Shown in pieces: positions 13,439 to 26,500 of a stretch of DNA of 64,000 nt (position 1 is the first letter of the stretch; each line of letters opens with the position of its first letter). Source of the DNA: Basidiobolus meristosporus CBS 931.73 (taxonomy: Eukaryota; Fungi; Basidiobolomycota); the NCBI GenBank assembly GCA_002104905.1, contig MCFE01000307.1:34076-98075 (forward strand), in the 5' to 3' direction. The notes beneath the pieces are model-generated. The model searched no databases, was not told the DNA's origin, and saw nothing but the letters and a program-made list of their open reading frames with translations. The translations under genes were made by a program, and so were the position numbers.

Positions 13439-14128
13439 TTAACTGATCAATGGGTGGGTGCTGTCGGTGTGGAGAAGCTTGGTGGAGTGGAAGAGTCGGA
13501 CCTGGCAAGCGGAGTTCCAGCCACAGGTGTCGAGCGGCTTGCAGTGGTCCGAGTAATCGGGGAAGAACTCGAGGGGCTCGTTTGGTGGCACATGCTGGCT
13601 CGAGTGGATCTTGAGCCGGCGGAGTTGCTGGTTTCGGACGACGATGAAATGCTCCAGGAACTTCAGCCAGGCAAAGTACTCCTCCTTCGAGACGTAGAGG
13701 TGGTATTGGATGGAGGCCAGGAACTCCACCTCCATCCGCGTGATCTCTTCTACGGGGATTCCGGCTACATTGGACCAGAACTGATTGTGAAATGTCTTGT
13801 CGTCCAGGTATTTGTTGGCCAGTAGCACTGCCATGGTGAAGATGCGAATCTCAGAGCCGGGCTGGCCCTGCAGTTGGGGGTGGGTGGCTTTGACTCGCTG
13901 TATGTACTTTAACGCAAGAAGGATCACCGAGGATGACACCTGGGTGATGAGCAGGAGCTTCTGGCAATAGTTTTTGAAAAGATTGCTTGCGCAGCTGGTA
14001 ATGGGATCAATGTCCGAGTACCATGTGAATGTGGCTACATCAGCGGCGAACGCTGCAAAACACAAGTCACTCTTGGCCATCTTGCCGGCATCGTGATGAG
14101 GCAGCAGGGCGGATGGAGTGGCTGACAT
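13439..14128 (-). CDS. PCL1/2/5- or Clg1-like (Pho85-type) cyclin, about 229 aa
   Basis: VSSSVILLALKYIQR...IFTMAVLLANKYLDDKTFHNQFWSNVAGIPVEEITRMEVEFLASIQYHLYV; strong C-ending codon bias. The first ATG after the TATA-like tract is 14128; the alternative start is 14080. Confidence 0.88.
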   Translation of the reverse strand: MSATPSALLPHHDAGKMAKSDLCFAAFAADVATFTWYSDIDPITSCASNLFKNYCQKLLLITQVSSSVILLALKYIQRVKATHPQLQGQPGSEIRIFTMAVLLANKYLDDKTFHNQFWSNVAGIPVEEITRMEVEFLASIQYHLYVSKEEYFAWLKFLEHFIVVRNQQLRRLKIHSSQHVPPNEPLEFFPDYSDHCKPLDTCGWNSACQVRLFHSTKLLHTDSTHPLIS

Positions 14129-14240
14129 AAAACAAGATATACAAGAAGGATTAAAAGAAGTAAGGACGTGTGGGGGCTTGGTGCTCAAGTGATCGGGAAG
14201 CGTAGTTGGCTAGGGGATGGCCAGAGGGGCAGCAGTCAGG

Positions 14241-14254
14241 ATATATATATATAT
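14241..14254 (-). promoter_or_regulatory. (AT)7 TATA-like tract upstream of cyclin 2
   Basis: atatatatatatat about 113 nt upstream of ATG 14128. Confidence 0.45.
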
Positions 14255-14812
14255 GCAAGCAGGCCCCATCGATAATCTCAGATTGCTCTGCTCAGACAAT
14301 ACCCGGACAGATCGTGGATTCAAGCGTCATGTCAGATGGTTAAAGCAATGCTGTGGATGTGGATAAGGAATGCCGCCGACACAAGCAGGCTGAGGGTGGT
14401 GAGGTTTTTCATCTATCTCGAAGGGGCATCACCAATCTCACAGGAGACCGATTGTACGGGGATTCACTGATGTAGCGAGGTAACCAATCACCAGCCAGAT
14501 GCGGGAAATCAGGGATTTTCGTTGAAAGATGCTCCTGTTGATAAACGGGGAAGAAGACCGAGGAGGATCTATGACGGAGCAGTATCCGTGTGAATTGCAG
14601 CAGTGGATCCAAGCGGCCAGCGGATCCAGTGGAACACAGATTAAGTAATCCTCATCAACAAACCCACGAACATTAGCGGAGGCCTGGCGGCGCGCACCAA
14701 GCCCGGGCTCGGCAGTGGCCACCGAGCGAGCATCCCGGCGTCGGCACACGGCCGCGGAGTACGAAACCCTAGCCAGCTTACTGTGCGAACATGATCCAGA
14801 TCACTGCGAAAA

Positions 14813-15960
14813 CTAGTCTACTTTGGCCTCAGGACGGAAATGAAATGAGGCTACGGTGGAGAAACTTGACACTGAGAGCCGTTTCATAATCCACTGCTCC
14901 ACTGCTGATATCCGTTTGCCAGCATGGAGTCCACAAGGACTTGCCGATGATTTTGCCCCATGAAACCGCCTGTTTTGGCGGATGGCCGATGATACATTGG
15001 TATGAATGATCGATCCAGAAGAGTAGGAGCAGGAGCGGGAACAGGTGCTGGAGCAGGACATCATCAGCTACGCTATACACAAATCTCTGAGATAATCTTT
15101 TGAATTGGTATTTGTTCCCAAAACTGTAATACATCAAATCCCCGAACCATTGGCTTTGATGGTTGTAAGCGGGTTTAGATTTGCTACATCTCTGAAGCCA
15201 ATTCTTCCTTCTATAGATCGGAATGCCGTGCAAGTAGGCCACCGTCATATCCCTGTATTCCCGCACTCGCTGGCCGAAGCAGTCCTGGCTTGTTGATGAG
15301 CAACCCTTTCCATCGATGTATGTAGACCGATGGGGCGATAAGTGCAGACTTCGCCAATCCCTCTGGCTTCTCATCTGTGACGTAAGGCCAGCCCAAGTTC
15401 CTCCAGCCGGTCTGTCATGCCGATACGAATCCGTTCAAGATACCATTACCCAGCATCTGTATCCGTAGTAGATACCTCTAACGTGATGACCACCACCGCT
15501 GCAAACCTTGGGGGAGCACCAGCCCGTCGCTGTCTCCGAATTGCCCCATGGCCGACGCCTGGCGCCTTCCCCAAGTGCTTCGCAACTGCGCCGTGGGCCG
15601 ACATCGGGGGAAGGACATGTGGAGAGATCGCCTCAAACTTGAATCGCAAGGGTCATTGGGAACGATGCGAGGTTTCCTGGATAAGATGATGTGGCACGGC
15701 AAGCTACCCGATCTGCTTCTCACCATACGGAATGTGCGGCCATGGAGAAGGGCTAGATCCGCGGTAGGCCCATCGCTGACTGTCGGGATGATGGGAAGGC
15801 GCGGGCATTCAGATGGTGGCATCAGCGAGGAGCTCCCATTCCCCGACGGATCATCCACCCAGCGACATTGTTTGTTTCTTCGTGGCTGCAGCTGAGATAG
15901 CTTGCCGGCCCGGAGCATTTTTGGGATTGTGGTGGTTTCGCGTTCTCGATGCGCGCACAA
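14813..15960 (-). other. Cluster of orphan ORFs (14813-15064, 14829-15374, 15478-15960); possibly an uncharacterised gene or upstream ORFs
   Basis: Long open frames in CpG-rich non-repeat DNA; no domain recognised. Confidence 0.2.
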
Positions 15961-18887
15961 ATCAAGGAATCGGAGAATTTCCTGGTCGCCGAGTAATCTG
16001 GCGAAGACCCATCCACTGTATTACGTCAAAAATCCTTCATTTACCCACAAGTGATGAGCATCCGGATTCTCACGATGTCGACGCCAGTCCTCCAGCGAAG
16101 AGATGTAGATTCATGCACTCGTACTCGCACCCGCACCCAAGCCAAACCTGCAGCTTTAGTCAGTTGTATCACATTTGGACGTTGGTGAATACATTGGTGA
16201 CATCCACACACTGTTGTTTGGACTTTTCTTCCGCAACCGACCAGTTCTAAGTTATCATGATGAGAGGAACCCGAGGGGTACAGGTTGCCAAATTAGGTCA
16301 TATAGAAATGCCCATTTCTAGACTGATAAACCAGCTTCGTACCCATCGACCATTATAGAATAAATTCCTTCGTGCTAATGCAGGTCGCTTGCGTTGTAAC
16401 CTTAGGACTCGGTGTGCCAGCAAAACCACTGGCCCACCTCGCCTCGGATGCCTCAGCGAAGTGTCTGCGCAGTGGATGGCGCCCGAAGTGCGTTTCGCGC
16501 GAGATCCTGAGCACCCGGCCGGCAACGAGGCATTTGCCTCGGCTGTCTACCCGCTGCCCACAACACGGCATGTGTCATCCAGTGTCGCAGTGTCCCAGAG
16601 GGCTGCTCTATTAGTCCAATCGACTCCAACCCCCCATCCGGCCCACTAGAGCTGGAGACGCTTGCTAATCACATCTTTACCGTATTTCCTTATCGGACCG
16701 CTGATGTAGCATCCACCCAACCACATATATTCTTGTAATTGGAGGTATACCATGAATGGCCATATCCGTCCTGTGCATTACACCCAAACGATATTAGAGG
16801 TTGTATTGCAAATAGTGGGCTACCAGGAATGCTCATTGGAGCAGAGAGCGCTGGTTAGACGCTGCCAAATCTCTACCCAAGCTGGGTTGCCTATTTGGGA
16901 GAATTCAGTGTTTGTATTCCACACATCTCAACAATCCCATATATATACTTGCAGGGGAATGACTCGACATCATTGTGAATCCCACCCATGTCCCATCACT
17001 GATATCACTATTGCAGGCAAGCTGAATGTTTTGTGCTTCCCTGGAGTCGAGCACAGGTGTGAGTACAGGCGGTAGAATATCTGCGCGCAGAATGATGTGA
17101 ATGGTCAATCCTATGCTCGGTACATGCCAACCACAAGCACAGGCATTGGTACAAGCCAGATCCTCCACCATCGATGCCCTGCCAGAATGCATCCGAGCAT
17201 ATCTGTTCGCTCGCTGTAGAGGCCAGACGCTATTGGGTCCTCGAATGCATGAGTGCGACCCCTCCCGTATGCTTTCTCAAGTTGCCTTTGACTGGGTTCC
17301 GCGGAGTAGATGCGTCATGTATCTATTTACCAGGCCCGGGCATCGTGCGCTCTTTCATTTCTGAGCTCAACACCGCACACCAGGTAGCAAGGAGGTTGCT
17401 TCTTGGTATGGGGTCACGAAGACAGCCGACAAGGAATTCCAACTTCCGGCAGCCTCCACCTCTACCTCGAGTGCCAGGTGGAATGACAAGGGTGCGCCAG
17501 TTGAATCCCCATTTCTTGTTTTGCTCCCTAGACATACGTAAAACGATGGTTTACTGGCTTTGAAGCCATGTCAAGAATCGCAAATCACCGGACTTATGTT
17601 GCAATCAGGGTTAGGGATGGGAATCCATCGAGTGTTGCATCTAGACTCGCCCCAACTTTGGTTTTGGCATGAATTTGCAGCGGAGGGTAGCCGTGGATTT
17701 TTGTTCGTAGGTTTGGTGCCCTTTCGCACTCCACTAATTTTGCGCAACGTTCCAGTCATACAAGGTTGAGTAACTAGGGAATGATGACTAAATCTAAGCC
17801 ATGGAGATTTAAAGCGAGCGGATGGGTGGGCTTGAAAACGGTGCGCCACTTTAATAAGGATTCGTCCAACCGGTAATACATTGCAATGCGATGCATGATA
17901 AGCTTTAGGAACCTCGCATGAGATTCTGCTGTGCTGAGTAGACCATCTCGATTGGGCACTGCATTTGTGGTGCATTATTTAAGTTGCAATATACCTTACA
18001 TTACTCGGGCTGCTTAACCCGGAATGCTTAATAGAGTAGTAGATCCTGTGATATTCATCACTGTGCCCTGCTACAGGCTGAATTCATGGGTAGGCTTCTG
18101 TGCAAAAATGACCTAGTTTAAGCAGACCCATCTGCCTACTAATAGGTGATATACAAGAGCTTAAGACTTAAGTTGTATTTCTTTGTGAAAGTAGTGAGTA
18201 GCTGACAACCCTATCTAGTATGAATGCTAGATAATCTAGTCTCCATGCAAAAAAAATGTGTGCTTGTTTGCTAAATACCCTATGAAAGATAACTTTGATG
18301 TGCCTGTCAAAGTGCCATTGCAATAATTGTATCCCCCAACCAAGGGGTATTGATTCCATGAAAGCACCATGTACAGACTACCAGATAAAAACTACACATT
18401 GGACTTCTCAAAAACCTGTTGTAAAAATTTGTAATTCCACCTAAATTTTCACCTAACTTGGTCACTGATATCATTACCTTCAAATCCTAGAGAATACTGA
18501 CTAAATTTCTTGTTGGGATTTACTTGGAATATTTTCACCAAAATACCAGGTACCCAGAACATGAAAATTCTCAAAGTTGCCCAATCAGCCCCAAACTTTG
18601 CACACATGCTATTAGGACCTTCCTTAGCCTATTCAACTTGTTTGTTATGCCAAGACCATGTAAAAGTATAAATACTACTTTTACATTTAATGAATCATTA
18701 AGTGAAAACCACATAATCTACTTGTCCTCCCAATCAGTTCCAATATCTCCAAGACTCTTATAACAGGTTATGAGCCCCAAACTATCACTCTCTGCAATGT
18801 CTACAACTGCTCTTACTGGAATTTTTCCCCCTGCTGAAAAGTTGGATGGATCTAACTACCAAGTGTGGAAGGTGAAGATGAAGATGC

Positions 18888-21800
18888 TGTTGTAAGAGTC
18901 TTGGAGATATTGGAAGTGATTGGGAGAACAAGTAGATTATGTGGTTTTCACTTAATGATTTATTGATTGTAAAAGTAGTATTTATACTTTTACCAAGTCT
19001 TGGCATAACAAACACGTAGAATAGGTTAAGGAAGGTCCCAAGAACATGTGTGCAAAGTTTGGGCTGTTTGGACAACTTTGAGAATTTTCATGTTCTGGGT
19101 ACCTGGTATTTTGGTGAAAATATTCTAAGTAAATCCCGACAAGGAATTTGGTCAGTATTCTCTAGGATTTGAAGGTAATGATCTAAGTGACTAAGTTAGG
19201 TGAAAATTTAGGTGGAATTACGAATTTTTTACAACATTCCCACTCAGCTAAATGTTCATACTGACTAGTCCTAATTTTGACCTAAGATATTCAAACTTGT
19301 CTCTAGCTAATGGTTTGGTAAATATGTCTGCAATCATTTCATCTGTAGGACAGTAAACTAAGCTAGCTAAGTTATTCTCTATAGCTTCACGTATGAAATG
19401 ATATCTAATATCTATGTGCTTGGTTCTAGCATGAAAAGTTGGATTTCTACCTAATTGTATAAATCCTTGATTATCTTGAAATAAAGTAATAGGCGTTTTT
19501 TGACATAGGCCTAAATCTGTAAAGAGTTTTCTTAACCACATTGCTTCTTTTGTAGCTTCACAGGCTGCCATATACTCTGCCTCTGTAGTAGAAAGTGCTA
19601 CGGTTGGTTGCTTTCTTGAATTCCATGAAATTGCTCCTTTACAGTAAAGAAAGGTGTATCCTGTGGTGGATCTTCTGTCTTCCAAATTTTGTCCCCAATC
19701 AGCATCAGAGTATCCCGCAAGGTCCTGTTCTGAATCCTTATAAGTGTATCTTAAGCAAATATCAGCAGTTCCTTTTAGGTATCTAAAAATCCGCTTAACT
19801 GCTGCAATATGATCAGATCCATAATTCTGATTATGTTGGCTGACAACTCACACTGAATATGAGATATCTGGATGTGTTCCAAGCATGATATACATCAGAC
19901 TGCCGACCATAGATTGATAAGGAAAGTCAGGGCTTTCAGATGGCACCAAGCTCTCTTGATTTGGTTGAGTTCTGACCAAGTTAAGGTTTGTCTCCATTGG
20001 GGTAGCTGCCGGTTTACAGTCTTCCATTTTGTACTTCTTTAGTATATCTTGAATATACTTGGATTGGCTTAGGGTGATGGTCTGGGTACTTCTGTCTATA
20101 GAGAACTTAATCCCTAAGTAGTAACTAAGTTCTCCTAGATCAGACATCTTGAACTCCTTAGATAGGTTGGATTTAGTCTCTTCTAATGTTTCTAGGTTAT
20201 TGGCGCCTATAATAAGATCATCCACATATAGAGCTAATAGAACTGAATTTGCTCTATCTGGCTTATAGTATATACTATAGTCAGCATTACTTCTTTTGAA
20301 ACTCAAAGATTCCAAATAAGAATCTATCTTGCAATTCCAGGCTCTTGGTGATTGTTTGAGACCATATAGTGACTTTTTAAGCTTGCAGACCAAATGGGGG
20401 TTATCTTGGTCAGCAAACCCATCAGGCTGGTCCATATACACGTCCTCATCAAGTTCTCCATTCAAAAATGCAGTTTTTACATCCATTTGATGAATAAAAA
20501 ACTTATATTTGGCTGCAATAGCCAATATTATTCTGATGGATTTAAACTTGGCTACCGGGGCAAAGGTCACAGTATAGTCAAGTCCTTTTGTTTGAGAGTA
20601 TCCTTTGGCTACAAGTCTTGCTTTGTATCTTTCAATTTACCATCAGCCTTGTATTTTGTCTTGAAGACCCATCTGCATCCAATTGATTTTTGGTTGATTG
20701 GTAATTTGACTAAGTCCCAAGTTTGATTTTCCATCAGGGCCTGATATTCCTCAGTCATTGCAGATCTCCAAAACTTTGTCTGAGGGCTATTTAGGGCCTC
20801 TTTTACAGTCTGGGGCTCATCAATATGGACTGAGTAGGCATAGGCTAAGTTTGTACCCTCATTGATATAGTAATTTGGGCTATTTCTTGTCCGATTTGAT
20901 CTCCGGGCATTTGATACTGGAATGATCATTTCTGGGATATTCCTGGGCACTGATTCTGGCTGAACCACGGTTGTAGAGTCCTCTGGAGTGAAAAAATTTT
21001 CATTGTTTTGCTATGATTCAATCCTGACAATTGGTGGACTTGAGATCAAATTTTTGTCATCATCTGATGTCATTTTTTGTGAAAATTTTGAATTTTCATC
21101 AAACAACACATCCCTGGACTTGATAAGCTTCTTTGCTTTGGTATTGTAGAGTCTGTATGCCTTACTCTCATTGCAGTAGCCCAAAAATATGCATTTTACA
21201 CTTTTTGGCTCAAATTTTGACTGATTTCCGGCCAGTTTTTTGGCATATGCTGTACACCCAAATATTCTTAGATGTTCTGCACTTGGTCTGTATCCATACC
21301 ATGCTTCAAATGGAGTAGAATCACGAAGTATTCTGTTATAACTCCTATTTTTAAGATATACAGCAGTGGCAACTGATTCCGCCCAAAAATCATAGGATAA
21401 TTTTTGTTCATGGATCATAGATCTTGCCATATCAATTATTGATCTGTTAGCTTGTTCTGCTACTCCATTTTGCTGTGGGGAGTATGGTACAGTAGTCTCT
21501 TGCTTTATCCCATGAATTTTGCAGAAGTGGATGAAGAGTTTTGAGGTATATTCTCCACCATTGTCAGAGCGTATTTTCTTGATTTTTTCACCAGTTTCTC
21601 TCTCCACCATGGCTTTAAACTCCCTGAGCTTAGACAGAGCTTCTTCCTTTCTCTCCATGAAGTAGACCCACGTGTATCTTGTATAATCATCAATAAAAGT
21701 GATTAAATACTTCATCCCACCTAAGGATACATTTTGCATAGGTCCACACAGATCTGAGTGAATTAGATCTAATTTTTTCTTAGTTTTGATTAACTCAGAG

Positions 21801-23571
21801 CTCTTGAACAGTTGTCTGGCTTGTTTCCCATATATGCAGGCTTCACAGTGCTCCAAATTAGCAAGGGGATCAATATTTACTCCAGAAATTAGCTGATCTT
21901 TGATCATTTTACGCAAATAATCAAAATTGATGTGTTCAAATCTCCTGTGCCAAAGCATTGGTGTTTCTTCATTTAAGTTACTTATATTGGCTTCTAGATA
22001 TGATTGAATATAAGTCAACTTGTATAGATTCTGATCTCTGATGCCCAAAGCAATATGGGCACCATTTTGATCAGTGATCCTGCATCCAGAATTGTCAAAA
22101 CTGAAACTGAGTCCTTCTGCTGTGGCCTTGCTTACAGAGAGAAGGTTCTTGGCTATTTCTGGTACATAGAGTACTTCTTTAAAGGTCAGTGTATGACTTC
22201 CTTCACTGCTTCTAAGGTTTACTTGGATAGTTCCTTCTCCCACTGCATCAAGTGTTCTATCGTCACCCATGAAAACCTTCTTAATTGGAATTTCTTGATA
22301 TTGGGTAAAAAGTTCTTTTTGGTGTGTAAAGTGTTGAGAAGCTCCAGAGTCAATATACCACGTCTGAGAATCCTTGTTTGTGGTCATATTTAGTGCAGAT
22401 ATGAATAGTCTATCTTCAGTTGTTGCAGCATTTCCATATTCAGGCTTCTTTTGCTGATAATCTCTCTTTTTGAAACACCGGTCTGATGTGTGTCCTTTCC
22501 TTTTGCAGTAGTTGCAAAATAGGTTGCTGTTGCCTTTGTAGGGTCTTGGGTACCTCCTTTGTTGGTTATCATTGCTTATTAAAGCATTTTCTTCTTCCTT
22601 CTTATTGGCGCTTGATTTTCTTAATTCTTCATCCAGGAGCCTTCCATATATGTAATTTAAGGTCAAATCTTCAGTTCTGGACTCTAGGGCTGATACAAGG
22701 CCCTGAAACTTGTCTGTCAGGCTATTCAGGATGGTAACTATCACATCCTCATCAGTAGTTGGTACACCCACAGATTCCATCTCATCTACCAGCAGGGTAA
22801 TTCTGTTAATTAGATTTTTCATTTCTTCTCCTGGCAGTATCTTTGTAGTAAAGAATTTTCTTCTCAGATACATTTTCTTGGCAGCTGAACATGACTGGTA
22901 GGTGCCTTCTAATGCTTTCCAGGCATTCTTTGCAGTTTTTGCTCTTGAGCATTGAATTAGCAATTTGTCCTTGACATTAAGGCAAATGCAGTTAAAGGCA
23001 CTTTGTTCTTTCTTCTGGTACTTCAAGGCTTCCTCTCCCACGTTTTTAGGAGGGCATTCTTCTCCCATGACAATATCCCAAAGGCCTCTTTCTTGTAGCA
23101 GCATCTTCATCTTCACCTTCCACACTTGGTAGTTAGATTCATCCAACTTTTCAGCAGAGGGAAAAATTCCAGTAATAGCAGTAGTAGACATTGCAGAGAG
23201 TGACAGCTTGGGGCTCATAACCTGTTGTAAGAGTCTTGGAGATATTGGAAGTGATTGGGAGAACAAGTAGATTATGTGGTTTTCACTTAATGATTTATTG
23301 ATTGTAAAAGTAGTATTTATACTTTTACCAAGTCTTGGCATAACAAACACGTAGAATAGGTTAAGGAAGGTCCCAAGAACATGTGTGCAAAGTTTGGGCT
23401 GTTTGGACAACTTTGAGAATTTTCATGTTCTGGGTACCTGGTATTTTGGTGAAAATATTCTAAGTAAATCCCGACAAGGAATTTGGTCAGTATTCTCTAG
23501 GATTTGAAGGTAATGATCTAAGTGACTAAGTTAGGTGAATATTTAGGTGGAATTACAAATTTTTTACAACA
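18888..23571 (-). mobile_element. Copia element B, full length 4684 bp, youngest copy
   Basis: LTRs 23223-23571 and 18888-19236 (349 bp each, 2 differences seen), TGTTGTAA...TTACAACA termini, 5-bp TSD GATGC (18883-18887 and 23572-23576), PBS GGTTATGAGCCC, PPT GAGTGGGAA. Confidence 0.97.
19248..23218 (-). pseudogene. Copia gag-pol polyprotein of element B (about 1320 codons) with three lesions
   Basis: CCHC knuckle CNYCKRKGHTSDRC, protease WYIDSGASQH, integrase [42 protein letters not shown], RNase H AEYMA/HIDIRYH/ADIFTKPL, in PR-IN-RT-RH order. Nonsense codons at 21011-21013 and 19848-19850; 1-nt deletion near 20640. Confidence 0.95.
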
Positions 23572-26500
23572 GATGCTGCCACAAGAAAGGGGCCTCTGGG
23601 ATATTTTCATGGGAGAAGAATGCCCTCTTAAAAAAGTAGCAGAGGAAGCCTTAAAGTACCAGAAGAAAGAACAAAGTGCCTTTAACTGCATTTGCCTTAA
23701 TGTTAAAGACAAATTGCTAGTTCAATGCTCAAGAGCAAAAACTGCAAAGAATGCCTGGAAGGCATTAGAAGACACCTACCAGTCATGCTCAGCTGCTAAG
23801 AAAATATATCTGAGACAAAAATTCTTTACTACAAAGATGCTGCCAGGAGAAGAAATGAAAAATCTAACTAACACAATTACCCTGCTGGTGGATGAAATGG
23901 AATCTCTGGGTGTACCAACTACTGATGAGGATGTGATAGTTACCATTCTGAATAGCCTGACAGATAGGTTTCAGGGCCTTGTATCAGCTCTAAGGTCCAG
24001 AACCAAAGATTTGACCTTAAATTATGTAAACGGAAGGCTCCTGGATGAAGAATTATGAAAATCAAGTGCCAATAAGAAAGAAGAAGAAAATGCTTTAATT
24101 AGCAATGATAACCAACAAAGGAAGTACCCAAAACCCTACAAAGGCAATACCAACCTGTTTTGCAACTACTGCAAAAGGAAAGAACACACATCAGACTGGT
24201 GTCTCGAAAAGAAAGATAATCAGCAAAAGAAGCCTGAATAGGGATATGCTGCAACAAATAAAGATAGACTATTCATATCTGCACTAAATATGACCACAAA
24301 TAAGGATTCTCAGATGTGGTATATTGACTCTGGAGCTTCTCAACACTTCACACACCAAAAAGAGATTTTTATCCAGTATCTAGAAATTCCAATTGAGAAG
24401 GTTTTCATGGGTGACAATAGAAAACTTGATGCAGTGGCAGAAGAAACTATTCAAGTAAACCTAAGAAGCAGTGAAGGAAGCCATACACTGACCTTTAAAG
24501 AAGTTCTCTAAGTACCAGAAATAACCAAGAACCTACTATCTGTAAGCAAGACCACTGCAGAAGGACTTAGTTTCAGCTTTGACAACTCTGGATGCAATAT
24601 CACTGATTAAAATGGTGCCCATATTGCTTTGGGTGTCAGAGATCAGAATCTATACAAGTTGACTTATATTCCATCATATTTGGAAGCCCATATAAGCAAC
24701 CTAAATGAAGAAACACCTATGCTTTTTGCACAGGAGATTTGGGCACATCAATTTTGATTATTTGCACAAAATGATTGCAGCTCAGCTAATTTCTGGAGTA
24801 AAAATTGATCCCCCAGCTAATTTGGAGCACTGTGAAGCCTGCATATATGGGAAACAAGCCAGACAACCGTTCAAGAGCTCTGGGCTGATCAAAACTAAGA
24901 AAAAATTAGTTCTGATTCACTTAAATCTGTGTTGACCTATGCAAACTTTATCCTTAGGCAGAATGAAGTATTTAAACACTTTTATTGATGATTATACAAG
25001 ATACACATGGGCCTACTTAATGGAGAGAAAGGAAGAAGCTCTGTCTAAGCTCAGGGAGTTTAAAGCCACTGTAGCGAGAGAAACTGGTGAAAAAATCAAG
25101 AAAATGTGCTCTGACAATGGTGAAGAATATACCTCAAAACTCTTCATCCACTTCTGCAAGATTCATGGGATAAAGCAAGAGACTACTGTACCATACTTCC
25201 CACAGCAAAATGGAATTACAGAATGTGCAAACCAATCAATAACTCATATGGCAAGATCTATGATAAATGATCAAAAGTTATCCTATGATTTTTGGGCAGA
25301 ATCAGTTGCCATAGGTCTATACCTTACAATAGGAGTTTTAACAGAGTACCTTGTAATTTTACTCCATTTGAGGCATGGTTTTGGTACAGACCAAGTGCAG
25401 AATATCTAAAAATATTTGGGTGTACAGCATATGCTAAGAAACTGCCCCAAAATCAGTCAAAATATGAGCCAAAAAGTGTAAAATGCATATTTTGGGCTGC
25501 TGCAATGAGAGTAAGGCATACAGACTGTACAATACCAAAGCAAAGAAGCTACTAAAGTCTAGGGATGAGTTGTTTGATGAAAATTCAAAATTTCACCAAC
25601 AATGACATCAGATGATGACAAAAATCTGGTCTAAAGTCAACTAATTGTCAGATTTGAATCAGAGCAAAGCAATGACAGTATTTTTGCTCCAGAAGGCCTT
25701 TACAACAGTAGTTCAGCCTGAATCAGTACCCAGGAATATTCCAGAAGTGAGCATTCCAGTATCTAATGCCCAGAGTTCTTACCAGACAATAAATTCCCCA
25801 AATTACTATATCAATGAGGGTAAAAACTTGGCCTATGCCTATTCAGTCCATATTGATGAGCCCCAGACTGTACAAGAGGCCCTGAATAGCCCTCAGACAA
25901 AGTTTTGGAGATCTGCAATGACTGAGGAATATCAGGCTCTGATGCAAAATCCAACTTGGGACTTAGTCAAATTACCAATCATCTAAAAATCAATTGAATG
26001 CAGATGGGTCTTTAAGACAAAGTATAAGGCTGATGGTACAGTTGAAAGATACAAAGCAATACTTGTGGCCAAACAATACTCTCAAACAAAAGGACTTGAC
26101 TATACTGAGATCTTTGCACCTGTTGCCAAATTTAATTCCATCAGATTGGCTATTGCAGCATGCATATGTTTTTTATTCCTCAAAGGATGTAAAAACAGCA
26201 CTTTTGAATGAGGAACTTGATGAGCTTGTGTATATGGACCAGCCTGATGGGCTTGTTGACCAAGATAACCCCCATTTGGTCTGCAAGCTTAAAAAGTCTC
26301 TATATGGTCTCAAACAATACTAAGAGCCTGGAATTGCAAGATAGACTCTTAGTTGAAATCCTTGAGCTTCAAAAGAAGTAATACTGACTATAGTATATAC
26401 TCTAAGCCAGATAGAGCAAATCCAGTTCTATTAGCTCAATACGTAGATGATCTTATTATAGTTGTAAATAACCTAACAACATTTGAAGAGACTAAATCCA

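Noticed and set aside
13427-13825. 132-aa antisense ORF, and an S/T/P-rich alternative frame suggesting a frameshifted cyclin tail
   Set aside because: Both follow from the C-ending codon bias of the real frame, which gives NCN codons in the +1 frame and few stops on the antisense strand
23219-23410. LTR-encoded ORF in frame with gag (recurring MEY..HQNTRYPEHEN.. ORFs in the track)
   Set aside because: It starts upstream of the LTR TATA box, uses TTG starts and is broken in most copies; no sign of selection
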